From a virus, in IMG/VR virus record IMGVR_UViG_3300028388_003908, positions 32,001-96,000 of that record: 64,000 nucleotides of DNA. One strand, given 5' to 3'. The notes under the pieces were generated by a model. The model ran no database searches and was not told the origin of the DNA. It was given only the letters and a program-made list of their open reading frames with translations. Every line of letters starts with the position of its first letter. The stretch's first letter is position 1. Shown here piece after piece: positions 57,354-64,000 of the stretch. The translations under genes and the position numbers were made by a program.

Positions 57354-57555
57354 GGATGACCTCGACATGAGAAGACGCTTGAGCGCGTTGAAGACGTTGA
57401 CCGATTGTCTTAGCAATACGCAGAGACAGATCGCTAAGTATTATAGTAGCCGAGACCCAATGATGAACCATCTCAACAAGCTAAAGACAGAATCTATCAA
57501 GGAGATTCAGCAACTTGAGCGCGTGTCTCGACAGAAGAAAAAAGGAGAAAAGTAA
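57352..57555 (+). CDS. Hypothetical coiled-coil protein
   Basis: AGGGAG SD. TAATG-coupled to the next gene. Confidence 0.6.
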   Translation: MDDLDMRRRLSALKTLTDCLSNTQRQIAKYYSSRDPMMNHLNKLKTESIKEIQQLERVSRQKKKGEK

Positions 57556-57728
57556 TGCCGATCTACACCTTTAAATGTAAGAAGTGCGGTGAGGAAACCA
57601 AGAAGCTACAGAAGTACGAGGACGCGCCACCCGCTTGTCCTAAATGCGAGGGTGAGACAGAGCGCGCACCGTCAAAAAGCTCTTTCGTGCTCAAAGGTCC
57701 CGGATGGTTTAACACAGGCGGTTATTGA
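57555..57728 (+). CDS. FmdB-family zinc ribbon protein, 57 aa
   Basis: Below the ORF-track cutoff. MPIYTFKCKKCG…CPKCEG…SFVLKGPGWF. Confidence 0.9.
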   Translation: MPIYTFKCKKCGEETKKLQKYEDAPPACPKCEGETERAPSKSSFVLKGPGWFNTGGY

Positions 57729-58057
57729 TGACAGGCTATCTTCTGCCATCGTTAGCGCTCTGCTTTGCTAACGTCATCTTCTGGTATAAGGGCAACGCAA
57801 AAGAGATCTACGGTCTCGATTGGAGCCCCTTCAAATGGTGGCTCTTTACGAGCTTGTTCACCAATTACATCACGCTCTACTCATGGTGGAGATTGATCGA
57901 GATCGGAGATGTTTGGAGAGCAGGGGTGACGTGGGGTCTGTGCAGTCTCACCACTGATCTCATCTTAAACACCGTTTATTTCGGCTTTAATGTTCGAGGT
58001 ATACTAGCTCTCTTACTCTGCGCTTTATCTGCGTTTATCGCGCACGGAAAGAGCTAA
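57725..58057 (+). CDS. Small four-TM membrane protein
   Basis: Four hydrophobic segments, SMR/DMT-like size. Confidence 0.65.
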   Translation: MMTGYLLPSLALCFANVIFWYKGNAKEIYGLDWSPFKWWLFTSLFTNYITLYSWWRLIEIGDVWRAGVTWGLCSLTTDLILNTVYFGFNVRGILALLLCALSAFIAHGKS

Positions 58058-58635
58058 CGAGACAAATCCTCAGCGCTGTCTGCGCCCTCTAAGAATTCTT
58101 TTAGAGAGACAGGCACATAATGAAAACCTACGTCTTTAGAAGCGCCTGTTCTTACGCGCTCTCCTTGCTCATCTATCTTGATGTTGAACGTAGCCTTAGC
58201 TGGATAAGACGTGTCACGTCTTGAGAAGGTTGAAATCTCCTCAATCTGATCTGCCCATGCCAACAGATAGTGAGAGCCCTCAAAAAGCTCTCCTTGGAAA
58301 TCCGTTCTCAGCCCGTAAGCGTAGACCTTGATCCCTTCTGTTGAGAGCGCGCAGAGATCAAAAACCTGCTGTTTGCTCAAGAACTGAGCCTCGTCCACAA
58401 AGATAATCTTAGCGCTACCTGCCGACAAGAGATAGAGATTAGATTCTTCCGTAAAGGTCTGCGCTTGCGCCTTAAAACCTGTCCTTGAGGAAATGAACCC
58501 TTCCCCATCTCTGCCCGAGACTATCTCCGGAATAAGCATGGTGTAAGGTATATTAGAGGTCTCACAGGAGTGCGCTCTCATAAGCAGATTCGCGCTTTTG
58601 CCTGCGTTTACGGTTGAGTAAATGAAGGTGATCAT
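58054..58635 (-). CDS. tdk: Thymidine kinase
   Basis: Motifs YSTVNAGKS, ISSRTG, FVDEAQFL and YGLRTDFQGELFEGS. Confidence 0.95.
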   Translation of the reverse strand: MITFIYSTVNAGKSANLLMRAHSCETSNIPYTMLIPEIVSGRDGEGFISSRTGFKAQAQTFTEESNLYLLSAGSAKIIFVDEAQFLSKQQVFDLCALSTEGIKVYAYGLRTDFQGELFEGSHYLLAWADQIEEISTFSRRDTSYPAKATFNIKIDEQGERVRTGASKDVGFHYVPVSLKEFLEGADSAEDLSR

Positions 58636-59252
58636 CTCGATCCTAACTGCGTCTTGTGTGTGACAATCTCTCTTATATCATTAACGTGCTTACGGACAAC
58701 CTTACTTTCAACACCCATGATCTCAGAGATCTCCTTGGTCTTGTAGCCATCTGTGAGCAGATCAAAAACCTTGCGATAATCACCTTTAAAAAGAGAGCCA
58801 ATATCTCTGCGTAGCTCTTGATAATCGCGCTCGATCTCTACGTCTTCCAGATCATGTATGCGGCCCTCAATAGGCTCAATCGCAATCTCAACACCTTTGG
58901 TTTTAGAGTGCTTCTTCAGAAAGTTGGTCATCACACAATGACAGACCATGGTCACATAGGTCGAGAAGGCGGATTTCTTAGGGTCATAAGGACACTTACC
59001 CTTATTCCTTATGAGTATGCCTTGCAGGATCTCCTGTAGCATATCCTGAGGATCTTCTCCGATGGCGATGATCTGCTTGAGATAGCGCTTGAAATAAATC
59101 CTCTTAATGTCCTCGTACTTAGCCTCCACATCTATGCCTAGTTTCCGCGTAGGTGGATTTTGAAAGTTAAGATCAAATTCGTAAAGCGGGATACAATGTC
59201 TCTGCCAACGTCTGCTCTTAGTAGAATCTGAAACGCAAAGAAAATCACCCAT
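58632..59252 (-). CDS. ECF-like RNA polymerase sigma factor
   Basis: QDMLQE…YDPKKSAFSTYV (region 2) and GYKTKEISEIMGV (region 4 HTH). Likely start is ATG 59252 behind AGGAG (the ORF track start is 59315). Confidence 0.85.
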   Translation of the reverse strand: MGDFLCVSDSTKSRRWQRHCIPLYEFDLNFQNPPTRKLGIDVEAKYEDIKRIYFKRYLKQIIAIGEDPQDMLQEILQGILIRNKGKCPYDPKKSAFSTYVTMVCHCVMTNFLKKHSKTKGVEIAIEPIEGRIHDLEDVEIERDYQELRRDIGSLFKGDYRKVFDLLTDGYKTKEISEIMGVESKVVRKHVNDIREIVTHKTQLGSR

Positions 59253-59323
59253 AAAACGCTCTCCTAAGGGAAACAAGATTTCCGATACTCTAAGAGCAAC
59301 ATCCGTAAATCGCAAGGGACAAG

Positions 59324-60055
59324 ATGAATTACTTACTTGTATTATCCGTGTTCACTCAATGTATGATCACGAACGTCCAGAAACTCTCGGGTTTGGAGAT
59401 CACGAAAAAAGGTCACGTTAAATGCAGACCAGCAAGCAAAAAACAGGTGACCAGACTCGTCAAGATGTGGGAGAAACACTCGTCTGAAAAAGACGTGCGT
59501 CTACTCTCTCTCGCTTGGATGGAGAGCCGTCTAAGACCTTACACTAAGCGCGGAGATCGCGGTAAAGCGTGTGGTGTCTTTCAGATACACGCCCGTCACT
59601 CTTATCCGCTTTTCAGACGTAAAGGAGGCTATAAGGATTGGGACGAGAAATCCTCTCGTAGAGAGATCGCGCTTGAGTGCGCCAAGCTAGAGCGTCTTGA
59701 ATACTCTATCGAGACCATGAATCGTCTGATCAAACTTCTTGATCAAAAAGACAAACACATCTGCCATCATAACAGCGGTATATATGCTAAATGTAATCCT
59801 TGGTATAAATATCGTCTTGATTATATCAACCAACAGCTAGAGCAGAGCAAAGCGCTCTGCGAAAAGGAACATGACATGGCTATGATAAGAACAGGCAACC
59901 CCGTATCTGTAGCACCTACCGAGAAGGTACAAGGCTATCTCGATTTCATGGCGGGCAAAGACCCCGCAAAGGATGACGAGGTTTATATGTCCGGGTATAA
60001 GCTGGCTGAGCAAGTCAAGAAAGGCGAGGCTGAGGCTCCCGTATGGGCAAAATAA
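59324..60055 (+). CDS. Lytic transglycosylase-like protein with an appended C-terminal domain
   Basis: LAWMESRL and ACGVFQI motifs. Hydrophobic N-terminus. Confidence 0.65.
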   Translation: MNYLLVLSVFTQCMITNVQKLSGLEITKKGHVKCRPASKKQVTRLVKMWEKHSSEKDVRLLSLAWMESRLRPYTKRGDRGKACGVFQIHARHSYPLFRRKGGYKDWDEKSSRREIALECAKLERLEYSIETMNRLIKLLDQKDKHICHHNSGIYAKCNPWYKYRLDYINQQLEQSKALCEKEHDMAMIRTGNPVSVAPTEKVQGYLDFMAGKDPAKDDEVYMSGYKLAEQVKKGEAEAPVWAK

Positions 60056-60729
60056 GCGATTGGCTTAAAGATCATCTAGAGACCTGTCATCTCTCTGAGG
60101 ATCATCAGCGCTTGCTTATGCGTAGAGGGGTTGACGAAGATTCGTCCGTTAGATTTCACACATGGAATCGAGCAACAACCCCCGCACCTTGTCCTGTGTT
60201 CGCTAAGAACTTTGGCGTGTACGGAGAGAAAGCTCAAGGTTTTCTGAGCTTCCCCATCACGTCACCTAAAGGCGAGGTCATAGGCTTAGAAGCTCGGAGA
60301 TCGCTCCCTGACGGGTCCAAGAAGGTCTACCAATACAGAACCCCTAGCGCGTCTTGGAACCCCTATATGATAGGCTCAGAGAAGGCTTTTCAATCGCTGT
60401 GGACCGGCTGCGATTTGTGGGTTGTAGAAGGGGTGTTTGATATGACCACTCTTGAGCGCGTTACCGCCCCTTGTGATGCGGTTGTCTCTACCCTCAGAGC
60501 AGGCATGGATCAAGTGACCATGAACATGATCTCGCGCTTTGCAGGTAAAGGTAGCACCATCTTTATCGCCTATGATAATGACGAGACCGGACGTAAAAAA
60601 GCTCAGTGGCTACACCGACAATTCAGCAACCTAGACGTGCGCTGTGTCGTGTGGAACTACAAAGGCAAGGACCCAAACGAAGTCTGGAAAGCAGGGGGTG
60701 ATCGCTTACTCAGACGTATGTTTCTTTAA
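60043..60729 (+). CDS. DnaG-type primase catalytic/Toprim domain without a zinc finger
   Basis: Motifs FPI…G.VIG..AR, VVEGVFD, AYDNDETG and KDPNE. Confidence 0.9.
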   Translation: MGKISDWLKDHLETCHLSEDHQRLLMRRGVDEDSSVRFHTWNRATTPAPCPVFAKNFGVYGEKAQGFLSFPITSPKGEVIGLEARRSLPDGSKKVYQYRTPSASWNPYMIGSEKAFQSLWTGCDLWVVEGVFDMTTLERVTAPCDAVVSTLRAGMDQVTMNMISRFAGKGSTIFIAYDNDETGRKKAQWLHRQFSNLDVRCVVWNYKGKDPNEVWKAGGDRLLRRMFL

Positions 60730-61856
60730 AGCTCTGATCTCATCATCTTATCTAGGCTAGGGGTCGTCTCTAGATCAATAACGAGATGCAGACGATCCGC
60801 GCCTCGATTGATCACGCTGTGAGGCTTGCGGGTGTCGAGATACCACAGCGTACCAGGCAACATCCTGTGAGATTCCTTGCCGTCCATGCCCCACACAAGA
60901 AACTCACAATCCTCGCTTACAAGGGGGATGTGAAATCTCGGTAGCTTCCCGAGCGCTACACCTGCGTCATCGTCAACAAGATCCGTATGCTGACCAATAA
61001 CCTTGTCGCGCTCTAATCGCATAATACGAACACGGTGTACGGGCGCATCTCCTGCAAATGAGGCGATCATCTCTCTCACCTCAGGGAACTGATCATATAG
61101 CTCCGTATCTCTTAGCTGAGCTTCAGCCATCTCTGGATGCTTCTCATGCCATTTATCGTTCATCTCAGAGGGCTTGGTAATGAACATCGGGTCGTCTGAA
61201 TATCCTCTAAGCGCGACAGCGCCCCAACCACCATCGTTGTAGTTTGAGTAGTGATTGGAAAAACCCATGTTACCGAGCTTGCTCACAAGAGAAGAAACAT
61301 CAAACGTGTAGCTCTTGAGTTGATACGCGGTAGCGCGCTCTAGAGGATCTGTGTAAAGACAGGTTTCAACGCTCTCTAGTACACCAAACATATCATCTGA
61401 AGGCGCTTCTGCCGTGTACTTAAAGACAAAAATGCAGTCGCCAAACGAGCTATATTTAGCCCCTACTCGGGACAGACCATCAATCTTACTCAGAAGAGTG
61501 CCCGCACCCTCAGAGCAGAAGATCCACACAGAGGAGCCCAAGCCTTTCACATACGATTCAAAGGCCTTCACGTCCTCAATAACCGGATAAAGGATCTCTA
61601 CGTCACCCTTACTCTTGATCGCTAACAGATGCTCCGGTCTTGATGAGTAGATCTTAATCGGAGTGTCTCTGCTAGACGTTCTCTGGATAAATCGGTAGTG
61701 GTCCTCGTGCACCAAATGACCGCTCTTGAGCGCGTCAGCTATCTTGTTCTTCTTGACCTCTAGAAAGGGAGAGATCATCTGCTCATTATGCGGTTTAAAA
61801 GTGCTCTCCAGCTCTTTTAGATAATCGAGTTCATAACCGTTTTGCCAAGGCTTCAT
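60726..61856 (-). CDS. 2OG-Fe(II) oxygenase (Asp/Asn beta-hydroxylase-like cupin) fused to an unknown N-terminal domain
   Basis: RVRIMRL…HTD…RFHIPL…HSVIN…R.HLVID gives the HxD…H triad. Confidence 0.8.
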   Translation of the reverse strand: MKPWQNGYELDYLKELESTFKPHNEQMISPFLEVKKNKIADALKSGHLVHEDHYRFIQRTSSRDTPIKIYSSRPEHLLAIKSKGDVEILYPVIEDVKAFESYVKGLGSSVWIFCSEGAGTLLSKIDGLSRVGAKYSSFGDCIFVFKYTAEAPSDDMFGVLESVETCLYTDPLERATAYQLKSYTFDVSSLVSKLGNMGFSNHYSNYNDGGWGAVALRGYSDDPMFITKPSEMNDKWHEKHPEMAEAQLRDTELYDQFPEVREMIASFAGDAPVHRVRIMRLERDKVIGQHTDLVDDDAGVALGKLPRFHIPLVSEDCEFLVWGMDGKESHRMLPGTLWYLDTRKPHSVINRGADRLHLVIDLETTPSLDKMMRSEL

Positions 61857-61888
61857 TCTGTACCCATTCTGAACAAATTGTGAAAGTC

Positions 61889-63712
61889 TTACTTCTTCAA
61901 GAATCCATAGGTATACACCCCATGCTCCAAGTTCTTAGCAAGCTGACGGTGCTTCACCTTCAGAGCTTCCCACTTCGACTTCAGCGTAGGGTCAGTAGCC
62001 CATAGCTTCTTATGCTGATAGACACCTGCGTCCCATGCTTGTAAGTGGAGATCAATAGACTTGCCCTTCTCCAACACAGAGGTTGTCTGTGAACGTAGAG
62101 AGAAGCTCTCCACATGGAGGGCTTTGAGGTCATCTAGGATTTCATTAGCTAATGGAGAGAGGTTAAGTGTGGGCAAGATGTGGGCGAAGTAGGGGTCACC
62201 GTCTTTACGCCATTGAGGGGTCAGGTCTTCACCGAGTACGCCTTCTTCCTTCTCATATGGGATAGGGTTTTTCTTAGCGTCTTGGTAGAGCTTCCTTGTA
62301 TCGGGATGGTTGCCGTAGAGGTCGAGAGCTTCTTGACGAGTGAGCCAGAAGAAGTGGTTATGGATATTATGGGACTTACCCTTGTACACGACATCACGCA
62401 TAGAGGTCATGTTGTTAGAGGTATGAAGCAAGGCGTAAATATGGCAATCGTCAAGCCATTGCTCATAGCCTTCTGCTTCAGTATTAGGGGCTAGGTATTC
62501 GTCTTTGTCATTAGCCCAATCCCCTGTGACGAGCTTACGCGCTGAGAATAACGCGATGGAGCGTCTCCACCCCTCTCCTGCTAGGACTGAGAGCCCGTTT
62601 GAGGCAGAGCCACAAGAAGAAGTAAAAAACACAACCTGATTTTGAGCGATGCAGTTCGCGTTAGAGGTGAAATAAAGCAGGGCTTGAGGTGTGAGGTTTC
62701 CTCTGCCTGTTTGACCCACATTAAGACCCGATTTCATCTGAGGGGCATCTGTAGTCTTAATCCCCTTAACAGGCTCTCTCACCCAATCAGAAGCCTTGCG
62801 CCCATCTGCGTTATATAAGTCCTTATGTCCGATAGAAGCCACCTCTCCCATATCGAGGTCTTTCAGAGTGATTGGGAGGTCTTGTGTAATCTCTGTCTTA
62901 CCTTCGTTCCATAGCGTAAAGGAGACGCCCCATGCTCCGCTCACATCTGCAAAGTGTGAGGCTTGAAACAGAAATCCTGACTCGTAAGAATAACGCTCAT
63001 ACCAAAAGGGGCGGAACTTGGCGAAAGACCCCGAAGTCATGAACAAGGTGGGTGAGAACACGCCCACAGACTTCTGCTTAAAGCCGTACTCCTGCGCTAC
63101 TTGCTCACATTGAAATAAGAACTGAGCATAAAGCTGTTGCGAGCAAGCCCCCATCTTCGCGTCCTTCATCGCGCTGTTCACAATCGTGGAAGAAACATTC
63201 GCTTTTGAGGAGGTGGTTTTGACTCCGTTTCGTGCTGTCGCATAAGGGGGGTTAATCAGAAATACTAAACGCTTCCCCTCCTTCGCCCCCTTCTTCAAGA
63301 GCTTCTTCACCGCCAAAGGCAATACGTTGTCCCCATCTTCCTCCTCAAAGAAAGGACTCTCAGCGTCAGGGTTTAAGAAATCATACTGAAAGACATGAGC
63401 ACCCTTGTTAGAACCCCCACGAATGATCGCCTTCACATCAGGTGACTCTGCCGTAGAAAGAATCAAGTTCTTAAAGTCATGCTCGTCACGAGTAAGGTTG
63501 CCCGTCCCCGCACAACAATCCCATACGATACACTCCTCGCGCCATTTCGCACCTAAGGATTTCTCAATCTCTCTGTGCGCCTCATCGACCCATAAACGTG
63601 GCGTATAAAAAGCACCTTGTCTACGTCTAGCACCATCTTCCATAAGGCGATCTCTCATAGAGAGAAGCACCTCAGCATCCTTTGCACTTAACCCTCTCAT
63701 AATTTCGTGCAT
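61889..63712 (-). CDS. N6-adenine DNA methyltransferase (Type IIG/Eco57I-like MTase core plus recognition region, no obvious nuclease domain)
   Basis: Motifs GAFYTP, WDCCAGTGN, YDFL and INPPY. Confidence 0.9.
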   Translation of the reverse strand: MHEIMRGLSAKDAEVLLSMRDRLMEDGARRRQGAFYTPRLWVDEAHREIEKSLGAKWREECIVWDCCAGTGNLTRDEHDFKNLILSTAESPDVKAIIRGGSNKGAHVFQYDFLNPDAESPFFEEEDGDNVLPLAVKKLLKKGAKEGKRLVFLINPPYATARNGVKTTSSKANVSSTIVNSAMKDAKMGACSQQLYAQFLFQCEQVAQEYGFKQKSVGVFSPTLFMTSGSFAKFRPFWYERYSYESGFLFQASHFADVSGAWGVSFTLWNEGKTEITQDLPITLKDLDMGEVASIGHKDLYNADGRKASDWVREPVKGIKTTDAPQMKSGLNVGQTGRGNLTPQALLYFTSNANCIAQNQVVFFTSSCGSASNGLSVLAGEGWRRSIALFSARKLVTGDWANDKDEYLAPNTEAEGYEQWLDDCHIYALLHTSNNMTSMRDVVYKGKSHNIHNHFFWLTRQEALDLYGNHPDTRKLYQDAKKNPIPYEKEEGVLGEDLTPQWRKDGDPYFAHILPTLNLSPLANEILDDLKALHVESFSLRSQTTSVLEKGKSIDLHLQAWDAGVYQHKKLWATDPTLKSKWEALKVKHRQLAKNLEHGVYTYGFLKK

Positions 63713-63717
63713 AAATC

Positions 63718-63753
63718 ATAACCTGTCTAAGTTATTTCCGACAGATTATTATA
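63718..63753 (-). promoter_or_regulatory. TATAAT -10 box overlapping a 10-bp SD-burying hairpin
   Basis: Arms 63718-63727/63740-63749 with one G-U pair. TATAAT at 63748-63753 (minus). Confidence 0.5.
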
Positions 63754-63768
63754 CTCAACAGGCTATGT

Positions 63769-63999
63769 CTAAAAACCGAAAAATCCAGTGTCAGACCAAA
63801 CAGGAGGACGAGCATCGCCTTTAGACCATATAAAGATCGGCTCGCCTAGCTCAGTACCTTCCTTAATGAAAGGATCGTTAGGTCGCTTCTTGAGTTTATA
63901 ACCTATCACGCCTTCATAAATAGCGCCCAAGCTCTCCATATATTCGATCATAGGCTGACAGACTATCTTATATTCATCTTTGCCCGCTTTAACATCCGA
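63769..63999 (-). CDS. 3' end of a probable DNA methyltransferase, partial
   Basis: Frame is open to the window edge. SDV…VCQPM…IGY…RPN…EPIFIW resembles C-termini of phage MTases as I recall them. Confidence 0.5.
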   Translation of the reverse strand, partial: SDVKAGKDEYKIVCQPMIEYMESLGAIYEGVIGYKLKKRPNDPFIKEGTELGEPIFIWSKGDARPPVWSDTGFFGF

Positions 64000-64000
64000 G

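Noticed and set aside
1-64000. Stop-codon reassignment, as in some large phages
   Set aside because: Long genes are intact in the standard code, and TAA, TGA and TAG all end genes at sensible boundaries.
1-64000. tRNA, rRNA, introns, integrase, reverse transcriptase/DGR
   Set aside because: No recognisable signatures and intergenic gaps are short. This was not checked computationally.

Overview
This window looks like a fragment of a large lytic myovirus-type (probably jumbo) phage read in the standard genetic code. The host is probably Gram-negative, judged from a spanin-like gene pair. Positions 1-14.6 kb (minus) hold baseplate wedge and fibre genes. Positions 17.1-31.1 kb (plus) hold the tail tube, chaperones, tape measure, hub and spike. 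Positions 31-64 kb are a mosaic of small genes, including a split primase, PhoH, an SNF2 helicase, thymidine kinase, sigma-like factors, lysis candidates, a 2OG-Fe(II) oxygenase and DNA methyltransferases. Three linked signals were read directly from the sequence. (1) A putative late promoter, TAA-N4-TTTAT, has 9 perfect copies, all directly upstream of genes, including the tail tube and the baseplate operon. (2) Hairpins bury the Shine-Dalgarno sequence and overlap the promoter at about 8 genes. (3) About 12 otherwise unrelated proteins, nearly all behind that promoter, share a short peptide tag ([RK]-[VI]-A-x-[RKA]-Y-L) and/or an [RK]-x-A site right at their domain boundaries. They include a C39 peptidase, an Ntn hydrolase, a Dps-like ferritin, and DUF3140-, DUF4258-, ChaB- and sigma-like proteins. 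I infer a tag-directed, protease-activated capsid cargo system. All family calls are from motif recognition by eye, with no database searches.
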